Virus record (IMG/VR): IMGVR_UViG_3300005098_000446
Reading direction: 5' to 3' (one strand)
Length of the DNA stretch: 25,481 nt
Origin: a virus
The translations under genes were made by a program, and so were the position numbers. Below are positions 7,587 through 17,589 of the stretch, piece after piece. The notes beneath the pieces were generated by a model. That model was not told the origin of the DNA and ran no database searches. It saw only the letters and a list, made by a program, of their open reading frames with translations. Within the stretch, counting starts at the first letter, position 1. Each line of letters starts with the position of its first letter.

Positions 7587-8355
7587 TGTCAGCCAGCAGA
7601 AATGGATTATCGGTGACTGTATGGAGCTCCTGCCACATATCCCCACCGGGAGTGTCGACCTCGTCATATCAGATTTGCCTTATGCAGTCACGAAAAACCA
7701 CTGGGATTCCCTGATACCACTGGGACCGCTCTGGCGGGAGTACAAACGTATCACGAAGGGGAACGCTGCCATCATTTTGTTTGGGCAAGGATTTTTCACC
7801 TGTGAGTTAATGATGTCGAACCCCGATATGTGGCGTTATCAGCTCATCTGGGAGAAAGACCGTCCGACCGGGTTTCTGAATGCGGCGCACATGCCGTTGA
7901 GGTCGCATGAAGACATCTGTGTGTTCTACAAGAAGACCCCCACATACAACCCCCAGTTCTGGGAGGGTAAGCCGGTGCACGGGATGGGCACGAAGTTCCG
8001 GAAGGGCGGTTCACAGACCAGCAACTATGGAGACTATGATATCGCCAACAACCCCACCGCCGAACGGGCAGGAGATACGAAGAAGTACCCCAGGTCCGTG
8101 CTGCGGTTCCCGAAGCCACATCCTGCAGTGCACCCAACACAAAAACCACTGGGGCTCATCGAGTACCTGATCCTGACTTACTCGAATGAGGGGGACATGG
8201 TACACGATTCATGCATGGGTTCGGGCACCACGATGGAAGCGTGCAAGAACACAAACCGGAATTTCATAGGGTTCGAGATCGACGGTAGATGGGTGAACCG
8301 GTACAGGAAGATCGCCGCACAGCGCAAAATCGGTGATTTCGTCTCGGAGGGCTAA
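7570..8355 (+). CDS. Beta-class amino (N6-A/N4-C) DNA methyltransferase
   Basis: Motif IV variant DLPY near the N-terminus, HPTQKP, motif I DSCMGSGTT, GFEID. Confidence 0.9.
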   Translation: MTRWTDVSQQKWIIGDCMELLPHIPTGSVDLVISDLPYAVTKNHWDSLIPLGPLWREYKRITKGNAAIILFGQGFFTCELMMSNPDMWRYQLIWEKDRPTGFLNAAHMPLRSHEDICVFYKKTPTYNPQFWEGKPVHGMGTKFRKGGSQTSNYGDYDIANNPTAERAGDTKKYPRSVLRFPKPHPAVHPTQKPLGLIEYLILTYSNEGDMVHDSCMGSGTTMEACKNTNRNFIGFEIDGRWVNRYRKIAAQRKIGDFVSEG

Positions 8356-9134
<779 letters not shown>

Positions 9135-9138
<4 letters not shown>

Positions 9139-9548
9139 CCCTCTTCACCTTCCACACCAACTACGACAAACTCATCAACGAAACGAAACTACAATCACTC
9201 AGATATAACGCTGACTACTGGATAAACCGCCTGGCGAAAAACAACAAGCTGGATATCTGGTGGCGCAACCCCCGCAACCAACAGCCCGATTGCAAGAAGC
9301 TCGGGATAGCGAGAGGGACGGCGACCCCACTATATGGTCACGAATTCACAGAGACGACCGCCAGAGACGACGGGTACGATAGCCTGAGCGAACTTTTCGA
9401 GGTGCTCACGGAACTGCATAACATGACACGCGAGGATATCCTTAAGCACAGGTGGGCTAAGGTGCAGTGGTTCTGGGTTGAACGATACTGGCTCACAACT
9501 GCACACACCACAACAACGGTGCAAGCAACCTTTCAGGAGTTAGAATGA
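9135..9548 (+). CDS. ASCH/PUA-like domain protein
   Basis: KLQSLR near the N-terminus and ARDDGYDSLSEL resemble the ASCH KxxTxR and AxxDGF motifs. Confidence 0.55.
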
Positions 9549-10000
9549 GACCGACACTTGACGAATATTTCATGAACATAGCAGATATCGTCGCGACCAG
9601 GTCAACCTGTCTGCGCAGGCAGATCGGTGCTGTGATCGTCCGCGACAAGCGCATCATATCGACAGGTTATAATGGCGCCCCGCGTGGCGCGGCACACTGC
9701 CTCGACATCGGGTGCATCAGAGAACAGGAGAATATCGAATCAGGCACGATGCATGAAATCTGTCGTGCCGTGCACGCCGAGCAGAATGCGGTCATCCAGG
9801 CTGCGCTACATGGGGTGAGCACACAAGGATCGACACTTTACTGCACACACCAGCCATGCGCAATCTGCGCAAAAATCCTCATAAATGCAGGTATCGTTCG
9901 GGTCATATTCCGCCAACCGTACCCGGACAATCGTGCGATGAAATTCTTTGAGGAAGCCGGTGTTGAGGTAGAGGTCGTGGTCAGGAGTAAAAAAAATTAA
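9545..10000 (+). CDS. dCMP deaminase (ComEB/DCTD-like)
   Basis: RSTCLRRQIGAVIV, TGYNG, HAEQNA, PCAIC. Confidence 0.93.
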   Translation: MRPTLDEYFMNIADIVATRSTCLRRQIGAVIVRDKRIISTGYNGAPRGAAHCLDIGCIREQENIESGTMHEICRAVHAEQNAVIQAALHGVSTQGSTLYCTHQPCAICAKILINAGIVRVIFRQPYPDNRAMKFFEEAGVEVEVVVRSKKN

Positions 10001-10093
10001 TTTGTCGTGGCGCTGTGTTGGACGGGGTTTGTTGTACGTAGAGAACAACGTAACATGGGTATACTCCTGACCGATTGTTTGTTTTGGTTCTCA

Positions 10094-10509
10094 TTGTATA
10101 AAAAGGTGTCCCTTATAGATACGCGGTAGAAGAACCCGTTATTCGCAGCGGGGAGGGGTGACCTATTTTCTGTGTCATAGGAGTTTTATTAGGTGATTTG
10201 ACTATGTCAAGCATTCTTTTTACATTATCTGGCATATTAACGCAATTAATGTTGTGATTGTTGCTTCTTTTCCACCTACGCAAAAATTGGTGCATAAAAG
10301 ATCGGCTCGCCGTATGTACGCCACGAAAGTCTATGACCACGTTAGTGTTTTCCAATGAGTCGATGCAATCAAATAATCTATCAGCTGAATGCCTCAATGC
10401 CAAATTCTGTGCTACAGCATCTTTCATCCGTATTGTTTTCGTACCGTCTGGTGTGGGCATGTGTCTCGACCTATTTGTTTCGATTCTTGTTGTATAAACA
10501 GGTGTCCCT
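10094..10509. repeat. Direct repeat pair flanking the STAS-like gene
   Basis: TTGTATAAA(A/C)AGGTGTCCCT at 10094-10113 and 10490-10509 (19/20 identical), with looser similarity for ~20 bp further left. Confidence 0.8.
10113..10460 (-). CDS. STAS-like (DUF4325-type) protein
   Basis: VVIDFRGVHTASRSFMHQF matches the STAS-like pattern; visibly AT-richer than its neighbours. Confidence 0.65.
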   Translation of the reverse strand: MPTPDGTKTIRMKDAVAQNLALRHSADRLFDCIDSLENTNVVIDFRGVHTASRSFMHQFLRRWKRSNNHNINCVNMPDNVKRMLDIVKSPNKTPMTQKIGHPSPLRITGSSTAYL

Positions 10510-10539
10510 ACGCATCAAAAGACTTAACGACATTAAGCA

Positions 10540-10635
10540 ATTTCAATCCCGCAACGGTCTGATTTGAACGGAACACGTCCAAATAGAACAGGATAACTCT
10601 TTCAAATTTCAATCCCGCAACGGTCTGATTTGAAC
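10540..10635 (-). CRISPR. Orphan CRISPR mini-array: 2 identical 30-bp repeats and one 36-bp spacer
   Basis: Minus-strand repeat GTTCAAATCAGACCGTTGCGGGATTGAAAT at 10540-10569 and 10606-10635; spacer 10570-10605; ATTGAAAN 3' end typical of type I-B/III repeats. Confidence 0.9.
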
Positions 10636-10661
10636 CAAGAAACCACATGGTCGCTCGCTGG

Positions 10662-10676
10662 TTATAAAGCTTTTGT
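10662..10676 (-). promoter_or_regulatory. BRE-TATA promoter for the mini-array
   Basis: Minus strand ACAAAAGC-TTTATAA ending ~27 nt before the first repeat. Confidence 0.65.
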
Positions 10677-10743
10677 TTTGTGCAAATCCCTTCGTGGATC
10701 CACGATTGTGCGCCCGGTTTATAAAGACACACGAAACTCTAGA

Positions 10744-10800
10744 GAAAGGTTTATATACAAGTTACATCGATGATGATGATGGTGATATCATTATCACCAT
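10744..10800 (+). promoter_or_regulatory. Promoter plus inverted repeat
   Basis: GAAAGGTTTATATA (10744-10757); ATGGTGATA-N4-TATCACCAT (10779-10800). Confidence 0.65.
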
Positions 10801-10821
10801 ACACAATAGGAAGGATGTGCT

Positions 10822-10977
10822 ATGCCACAAATATACGTCAAAGATGAACTCTACCATCAAATTGTAGGCACCGGGCGTGTTGAGCGCCATGATGTCCTGC
10901 AATTTATCGAAGAGGCTATAGAAGAGAAGCTCCTCGGAGCCAAACACCAAAAGGAACATAACGACCGGAGTGATTGA
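10822..10977 (+). CDS. RHH-like regulator, 51 aa (not in ORF track)
   Basis: MPQIYVKDELYHQIVGTGRVERHDVLQFIEEAIEEKL; paralogue of 18579-18731. Confidence 0.65.
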   Translation: MPQIYVKDELYHQIVGTGRVERHDVLQFIEEAIEEKLLGAKHQKEHNDRSD

Positions 10978-10978
10978 G

Positions 10979-11857
10979 ATGAAGGTTCAGATAGTTGGAT
11001 CGGGGGTTGTCGGACAGGCAACAGGACGAGGGTTGTGCGTCAAAGGTCACGATGTGACATTTGTAGATATAAACGCCGATGTATTGCGACCTCTACATGA
11101 GTCAGGATACAAGGTATCGATGTCTATCGTGAAAGATGTTGATGCAACGCTCATATCAGTACCAACACCAACAGCGAGGGGTCGGCTTGTGACCGACTAC
11201 ATTGAAGCCGCTTCCAAGTCAGTAGGACGTGCTATATCAGGCGGCGATTACCAGGTGGTGGTCATGCGTAGCACGGTCCCGCCCGGGACTGTTGAAGATG
11301 TTGTCATACCTATTTTGGAGGATGCATCAGGGATGACCGTGGGTAGAGACTTTGGAGTGTGTATGAACCCGGAATTCTTGATCGCGAAGACAGCCGATGA
11401 AGATTTCCTCAATGCAAAATCTTTCATCGTTGGAGAATATGATGCCAGGTCTGGCGGTGTTATGGATGAGATGTACAGACCGTGGGATGTACCGGTTATC
11501 CACATGCCGATAAAGGCAGCAGAGCTATTGAAGTACACAAGCAACGTGTTTGGAGCGCTGAAGATCACATACTTCAACATCATCGGCAAGGTTGCGGAAG
11601 GATTGGGATTGGAGGCGAGAACGTTGGTTGAGACGGTGGCTGAACACTCACATGTGTTACAGAACCCGAAGTACGGGATATATCCAGGGCAGCCCTATGG
11701 CGGCATGTGTTTCCCGAAGGACACGCTGGCATTCATTGAGTACCTCCGTTCTAATGGGACGGCAAAGTATTCGACACTGTTTGAAGCGATGCACCAGATA
11801 AACCACAGTATCGCTAAAGATACCAATGTAACGATACCGGAGTATGCGGAGGTATAG
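10979..11857 (+). CDS. UDP-glucose/GDP-mannose 6-dehydrogenase family (short form)
   Basis: GSGVVG Rossmann motif, ISVPTP, STVPPGT, NPEFL, AELLKY, catalytic YGGMCFPKD; ends without the C-terminal domain. Confidence 0.9.
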   Translation: MKVQIVGSGVVGQATGRGLCVKGHDVTFVDINADVLRPLHESGYKVSMSIVKDVDATLISVPTPTARGRLVTDYIEAASKSVGRAISGGDYQVVVMRSTVPPGTVEDVVIPILEDASGMTVGRDFGVCMNPEFLIAKTADEDFLNAKSFIVGEYDARSGGVMDEMYRPWDVPVIHMPIKAAELLKYTSNVFGALKITYFNIIGKVAEGLGLEARTLVETVAEHSHVLQNPKYGIYPGQPYGGMCFPKDTLAFIEYLRSNGTAKYSTLFEAMHQINHSIAKDTNVTIPEYAEV

Positions 11858-11859
11858 GG

Positions 11860-13161
11860 GTGCGCCTGAGGACCAGCAACCTGATCGTGGTTGTCCTTAC
11901 AATCATAGCGGTACTGATCATACCCTCGGTGTACCTGATGACAGGCGGAGGTTTCGTTGTGAAAAACGACATCAACTTCTGGGTCATCGTGGGTATTATC
12001 GGTACGATGAGTTGGACAGCATGGTTGATCAGGCGTGCATACTCCCTAAAGTACAAACCGTTTATTGGAGACCATAGCGAACCTGTTTCGGTGGTTGTAC
12101 CAATATGGCACGAGCATCCAGAAACATTCATCACATCGATTGAAAGCATCACAGTCAACCTGCGCGACGGTGACGAGATCATCTGCGTGTTCGATGCGAC
12201 CGAACACGACTGTTTGGAAGCACTCGATGATAACTACCCAGCGCAGGCATACCCGAATATAAAGAGGATTATCGTCACTGAACCAGGGAAGCGACATGCC
12301 CTCGTCAGGGGCATCAGGGAAGCGCATAACGACATCACGATTCTATGTGATTCGGATGTTGTATGGGCGCCTAATCTGGTAGAGGAGGTGCTGAAACCAT
12401 TCGCAGACCCAGCTGTTGGTGGTGTTGGAACTCGCCAGAAGGTCGCTAATGTCGAAGAAGGTTTGATGCGAAGAATTGCGATGTGGTGGTTGAATGCTAA
12501 ACTGCTCGACTACATGCCAGGGTTATCGAATAAAGGTGTAGCTGTTGTGCTATCGGGCAGGACTGCTGCGTATAGACGAAGTTACATTCTACCATTGCTC
12601 AATGACCTTGAGAACGAGTACCTATTTGGCGTGAAAGCTTTGAGTGGTGATGACGGGCGTCTAACCACGTTGGTGATGAAAGCGGGTTACAAAACAGTGT
12701 ATCAGAGCACAGCGGTGCTAACGAGTTCATTCCCGATCAAGTTCAGAGACTTTGTAAAACAGAGAGTTAGATGGGCTCGAAATAGCAATCGTTGTTATTA
12801 CCGGGCACTATTTGAGGGATGGGTGTTTAAGAAGCACCCAATCCTCCCGCTGACCATCATACATACACAGATCAGCAGTTTTACGATACTGGCACCACTT
12901 ACGGCTACACTTTACTCGGTGGTCATGGGTGAACCTCTTGTGTTCACATCGATCTTCATCTGGATAAACGTTGCACGATACATCCGTGGATACAACCACC
13001 TCAAGGAAAACCCCGGGGATGTGTTTTTGGTGCCGATTGTGACACTGTTTCTGATGGTGCTGTTCCCTGTGATAAAAGCATACTCCCTGGTCACTATGAA
13101 TAAGCAGGTGTGGCTTGGTCGAACCGAGAAACACGATGACTATAATTGGGCGGTGAAATAA
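11860..13161 (+). CDS. Processive membrane GT2 (hyaluronan synthase/NodC/Alg8-like)
   Basis: GKRHAL, DSD, LSGRTAAYR, GDDGRLT, QRVRW (QxxRW); N- and C-terminal TM segments. Confidence 0.9.
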   Translation: MRLRTSNLIVVVLTIIAVLIIPSVYLMTGGGFVVKNDINFWVIVGIIGTMSWTAWLIRRAYSLKYKPFIGDHSEPVSVVVPIWHEHPETFITSIESITVNLRDGDEIICVFDATEHDCLEALDDNYPAQAYPNIKRIIVTEPGKRHALVRGIREAHNDITILCDSDVVWAPNLVEEVLKPFADPAVGGVGTRQKVANVEEGLMRRIAMWWLNAKLLDYMPGLSNKGVAVVLSGRTAAYRRSYILPLLNDLENEYLFGVKALSGDDGRLTTLVMKAGYKTVYQSTAVLTSSFPIKFRDFVKQRVRWARNSNRCYYRALFEGWVFKKHPILPLTIIHTQISSFTILAPLTATLYSVVMGEPLVFTSIFIWINVARYIRGYNHLKENPGDVFLVPIVTLFLMVLFPVIKAYSLVTMNKQVWLGRTEKHDDYNWAVK

Positions 13162-13162
13162 G

Positions 13163-13324
13163 ATGTGCAGAAAAACCGACATTATGCGAGATATTATTCT
13201 CGCAGCAGAAACAATAAAGAGAGAGGCGCTACACGCTGGTCTGTCGAATAACAGGGTTGTCTATGATGAATGTGTGTACATTGTAGACATGGCGCAGACC
13301 CTGATCAATGAGGAGGGGTTATGA
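13163..13324 (+). CDS. Hypothetical 53-aa protein (not in ORF track)
   Basis: MCRKTDIMRDIILAAETIKREALHAGLSNNRVVYDECVYIVDMAQTLINEEGL; fills the gap with an ATGA overlap. Confidence 0.5.
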   Translation: MCRKTDIMRDIILAAETIKREALHAGLSNNRVVYDECVYIVDMAQTLINEEGL

Positions 13325-15222
13325 CCCAGCGAACAGTGACCCGAATCGTCCTCCTGGCGATGGTCATTGGGATGGTCGTGACGCTGATATTCATGGCAAC
13401 CGGACACGCCGAAAGTTACGCGGTGACACCAGAGATCGCTATCGAGAAGGGTACCAAGATCATCGATACGCTGAAGGTTGGGTACCAATCATTTGAAGCG
13501 CAGGTAGGCGACGAAGCCAGACTGGTAACGATGCTGTCGGTGCTGGACACATATATGCGAGACAATCGTGACGCTCCTGTGAATGATATCGATGACGATC
13601 TTGCCGTGTTTGCGATTGACTGTAAGGAGTATCTCGATTCGCTTGAAGAGAAAGGGGTCACGCCTACTGCAATAGATCGGAGAATCGAGTTCTTCTATAA
13701 GGCTGCTGTTGATTACAGGAACCGGAAGGTATCGCCCGTAAACACGATCTATGTAGGCACAGATACCAAGAAGGAGATCGAAGAGTCGAAGAATAAGGAT
13801 TTCGATGTTGTATATGACACAGACAACAACGTCTTGCACTTGTTCCGAAACGGGTCGACCGAGGAGGTTACCCTGAATGATATCTTCTACAAGATTCAAG
13901 ACAACGGGATGACCCTGTTGTACAGGGAATCACCCGATGTATGGATTTTGAAGACCACTATAAGCGTGGAACCTGGTATGCGGTTGGTAATCAAAAACCC
14001 GAAGCCGACCACTTACCTGTGGTTGAAGTTAGCGAATTGTGGCAGCAGTCCGAGCCGGATAATCGTTTATGGCGAGCTGGTGATGGACGCAGTGAGAGTG
14101 TCTTCATGGGACCCGGTTGCCGATACGTTCATGATGGATCCAACATCGCCTAGGGGCGAGATCAAGTTCATCGGTGGAAGTGGAATTGTACAGCACTGCC
14201 GCATAGAACATATAGGATATGCTAGTGCAAGCCGTCAGACGCACGGCATCACAACCATCGATTGCACAGACGTTAAAATATACGACAACACGATAGTCGG
14301 AGGATTCCAGGGAATCAACATCCAGCACAGCAGTGGTGTTATTGTCAGGGGCAATGTGATCGATGAGCCATTCGATACTGGCATACTGTTGGAAAACGGA
14401 TCGGTGAATTGTGACCTGTTATCAAACATCGTTAATGCATCTGGAAGGCATGGAATCATGGTCTTTGACCGGTGTCATGATTGCGATGTATCACTTAACA
14501 CCCTGTCGAACAATGTAGGGCACGGCATAAAGGTGTTTAAATGGTGTCACGATCTGGGAATAGATCAGAACATCGCTAAGGATAACATGAGAAACGCTAT
14601 TGCCGTTTTCGCCTGCGAAAATTTGACAATCAGCGATAACCTTGTGACCAATGGTTCGGGTATTTTCGTGTCTCACAAATCTGATGGCGTCACCATCATT
14701 GAAAACCGACTCGTCAACACAACTACTGCGATCGCGTTGATCGGGACGTCTGATGAACCACAGAAGTTTATAGAGGCAATTGATGTTTCTTACAATGAGT
14801 TCGAGATATACTCGGAGTATAACATCGTTGAAAGCATGTATGGTGACGTGACTCACTGTTTGGTGAAAAATAATGACATCAGGGTGTGTTCGCGTGAAGG
14901 CATAAAACTTTTCCACGCGCACCACAACGATGTCGATCACAACACCATTGTTGGCAGTGAAAAGTATGGGATATTGTTGATCGGATCATGGTACAACAGA
15001 TTCGTGGAAAACGATGTCGGGTCAGCAGGGAAAGCTAAATACGGTGCCATCAGCAACTCTTATGAAAATCACATGGTGAAGCATGGGGTAGAATACACAT
15101 TGACAGACAGGGGTTGCGTTGTTTCTGATGTCGATGCCAACGGAGACGGGTGTGTGAACGCCAATGAACTTGGTCTATTGGTGTCGTATATAATTGAATC
15201 GATCATGAGTTGGTTTATATGA
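13321..15222 (+). CDS. Secreted/anchored right-handed beta-helix protein, AlgG/NosD-like, with C-terminal EF-hand/dockerin-like motif
   Basis: N-terminal hydrophobic segment; GELVMDAVRVSSWD; repeated xGIx...N units; DVDANGDGCVNANEL. Confidence 0.8.
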   Translation: MTQRTVTRIVLLAMVIGMVVTLIFMATGHAESYAVTPEIAIEKGTKIIDTLKVGYQSFEAQVGDEARLVTMLSVLDTYMRDNRDAPVNDIDDDLAVFAIDCKEYLDSLEEKGVTPTAIDRRIEFFYKAAVDYRNRKVSPVNTIYVGTDTKKEIEESKNKDFDVVYDTDNNVLHLFRNGSTEEVTLNDIFYKIQDNGMTLLYRESPDVWILKTTISVEPGMRLVIKNPKPTTYLWLKLANCGSSPSRIIVYGELVMDAVRVSSWDPVADTFMMDPTSPRGEIKFIGGSGIVQHCRIEHIGYASASRQTHGITTIDCTDVKIYDNTIVGGFQGINIQHSSGVIVRGNVIDEPFDTGILLENGSVNCDLLSNIVNASGRHGIMVFDRCHDCDVSLNTLSNNVGHGIKVFKWCHDLGIDQNIAKDNMRNAIAVFACENLTISDNLVTNGSGIFVSHKSDGVTIIENRLVNTTTAIALIGTSDEPQKFIEAIDVSYNEFEIYSEYNIVESMYGDVTHCLVKNNDIRVCSREGIKLFHAHHNDVDHNTIVGSEKYGILLIGSWYNRFVENDVGSAGKAKYGAISNSYENHMVKHGVEYTLTDRGCVVSDVDANGDGCVNANELGLLVSYIIESIMSWFI

Positions 15223-16128
15223 AAACAATATTAAAAACAGTTGCGATTATATTGTTAATCGCATTACCAGTGACTGCACTGGTTGGTATAGGAGATGTGA
15301 ATGGTGATGGACATATCACCATATCAGATGCAATCATGGCTTTACAGATGTCGGCTGGAAGCCGTGAGCCGGATACGTCAACCGCGGACATGGACCGTGA
15401 TGGCAGAGTAACGTCAGTGGATGCGCTTATAATAAACAAGGTAGCCACCACTGCAGTACCGACGCCAACGTTGACACCCACGCCAGACGACGAGACGGAC
15501 CACATAGTATGGAAATCCCCGTTCGATGTACAAGAGTTTGATGGAACCGGTAAAGGTTGTTGCCAATACCCACACAAGCCGGAGTACGATATCGAAGACG
15601 AGTTCACAATCCGGATGTGGTTCAGGCGCGACGTGTTCAACAAAGAACAGTTCTTCATCTCAAACGGGAACTGGAAAAAGAAGCTCGGATGGAGACTTAT
15701 GGTCAAGCAGACGAAGCCTCCGTATCAGTATGAGCAGATACAGTTCGACGTGGGCGATGGCAGGGACCTCAACTACTACAAGACCTTGCAGGGAGGGGAT
15801 CACCGACAGCAAATGGCACTGCATCGTCGTTGTCTTCAACGCAAACAAGATATACGTGGACTCAAAAGGCACACCGACACATGGCGCACTCATCCTCGAT
15901 GGGAAGGCTGATTACTACATGGCACGCAGCAACAAAAAGAAGCCTGCGATCAGTGAGGTGAAGCCGTATGGGAAAGAGATGTACATCGGCAGACACTTCT
16001 GCGATGGGAAGTTCTTCTTCACAGGCGCGATGGCTAACATCGAAATGCTTGATATTGATATAGGCATAGACGGTGGAATCGAGTACTACGAAGATACCAA
16101 AGACCAGTACCCCCCGACAACAGCATAA
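15219..16128 (+). pseudogene. Signal peptide + dockerin + Pro/Thr linker + LamG-like domain, frameshifted near 15794
   Basis: GDVNGDGHITISDA...DMDRDGRVTSVDA; the LamG-like sequence continues as ITDSKWHCIVVVF in the +1 frame (ORF 15526-16128). Confidence 0.75.
15703..15793 (+). repeat. 91-bp perfect repeat, copy 1
   Basis: TCAAGCAGACG...CCTTGCAGGG identical to 18089-18179. Confidence 0.95.
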
Positions 16129-16129
16129 C

Positions 16130-16180
16130 CGACCCTATAAGGGGGTCGTTTTTCTTTTTTTCTGTTTTCTGTTTCTTTTC
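16130..16180 (+). terminator. Hairpin plus T-rich tract
   Basis: CGACCCT-ATAAG-GGGGTCG followed by TTTTTCTTTTTTT. Confidence 0.7.
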
Positions 16181-16190
16181 TCAACGACGA

Positions 16191-16232
16191 CGAAAGGTTT
16201 ATATATAACCTCATCACCATCAATGATGGTGA
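16191..16232 (+). promoter_or_regulatory. Promoter plus perfect palindrome
   Basis: CGAAAGGTTTATATATAA, then TCACCATCA-A-TGATGGTGA (16214-16232). Confidence 0.7.
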
Positions 16233-16298
16233 CACCATGTCCACGCGACACAGGTGTCACAAACAACAACAGAACAACAAATAGGAGGACTGAAACGA

Positions 16299-17501
16299 AT
16301 GAACTCGAAACCTATAGCAATGTTCATACTGATCGTCGCGGTCAGTATGATATTCGTTGGAAGCGCGACAGCAGCGAGGTACTATGTGAATCCTGGAGAT
16401 AGTATCCAGGCAGCAATCAATGGAGCAGATGACGGGGATACCATCATACTGAATGATGGTAACTACACAGAGAATGTGATCGTTAACAAGAGCGTTGCGA
16501 TCATATCAAAAGGTGTCGATGAGTATTACAGTGAAAACGTCGATGAATATACCAGGTACTGGATATTCTGGTGGCGATACGTCTCATCACATAATTATAC
16601 CTATGAGAACGATGGATCGGTCACTGTGTCGGCATTGAACCCACGGCATAGCATATTCACGGTTGAGTCAGATGATGTGACCATCATGAATATCCAGACG
16701 GAAGAGGAGTCATCTGGGGTATATACCACGTACTACAACTACTGGTTGCCACAATGGAACTTTTACCCAAGAAACAAGAATGTTACATATTGGGAGTATT
16801 CGTGTTTTGACAACCCGATGGGTCTCACCGGAGCGTCTAAGAGTGACGCAGCCAGCATTGAAGTTATTGGCGCAGATGGGACACAACTCATCAATCTGGT
16901 CATATACAACAATGATAACGGTATCAAACTCATTGATGCAACAGATGTGACAATCGAAGATGTCCAGATAAGTGATAGCGACAAAGAAGGGATAACCGCA
17001 TCTGGCTGCGATGGTGTATACATACACGACTGCACAATAGTTGATTCCGGAAAGCGTGGCATCGAGATAGATGATTCTGTGGACGTTGATATGGAACATG
17101 TGCTCGTTCTCAACAGTGATAAGAGCGGTATTGATCTATCATCAGTTACCGGTGTAAGCATGTACAATGTGGTTGCAGATGGAGCTGGTAAGAACGCAAT
17201 ATGCCTTGATCAATGCACCGACATGGACATTGAATGCGGTGCTGGACTGAATGGTGGAAGATCCGGTCTGTACATGAACTATTGTGATGATGGTTACGTT
17301 GGTTGCAATGAGTTTGCCGACAACGATAACTACGGCATGAAAATCATGTACACAAACAACGTGGTATTCGACACCAACGATGCTCACGACAACGGCGAGG
17401 ATGTGAAGGAACATGCTGATGGGGCATCAACCAACACATGGATATCAGACCCGGATGGCTGTGAATGCGACGACACCTCTGTACCAAACGAACCAGAATA
17501 G
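16299..17501 (+). CDS. Secreted right-handed beta-helix (NosD/pectin-lyase-like) protein
   Basis: Signal peptide; YVNPGDSIQAAINGADDGDTIILNDGNYTENVIVNKSV; repeated GI.I units; AGGAGG upstream of ATG 16299. Confidence 0.85.
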   Translation: MNSKPIAMFILIVAVSMIFVGSATAARYYVNPGDSIQAAINGADDGDTIILNDGNYTENVIVNKSVAIISKGVDEYYSENVDEYTRYWIFWWRYVSSHNYTYENDGSVTVSALNPRHSIFTVESDDVTIMNIQTEEESSGVYTTYYNYWLPQWNFYPRNKNVTYWEYSCFDNPMGLTGASKSDAASIEVIGADGTQLINLVIYNNDNGIKLIDATDVTIEDVQISDSDKEGITASGCDGVYIHDCTIVDSGKRGIEIDDSVDVDMEHVLVLNSDKSGIDLSSVTGVSMYNVVADGAGKNAICLDQCTDMDIECGAGLNGGRSGLYMNYCDDGYVGCNEFADNDNYGMKIMYTNNVVFDTNDAHDNGEDVKEHADGASTNTWISDPDGCECDDTSVPNEPE

Positions 17502-17512
17502 ATAGACAGCGA

Positions 17513-17540
17513 TGAGCCTTCGGGCTCACTCTCTTTTTTT
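17513..17540 (+). terminator. UUCG hairpin plus T tract
   Basis: TGAGCC-TTCG-GGCTCA...TTTTTTT. Confidence 0.75.
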
Positions 17541-17589
17541 CCGTAACTTTTAATAGATCGACATCACCAACAATACCATTGGTGATAAC

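Noticed and set aside
6457-7638. Long minus-strand ORFs (also 1663-2613 and 19480-20577)
   Set aside because: Antisense shadows of well-supported plus-strand genes, with no motifs of their own.
10570-10605. Self-targeting by the mini-array spacer
   Set aside because: The best match seen by eye is only 9 nt (GACGTGTTC near 15630), which is expected by chance.
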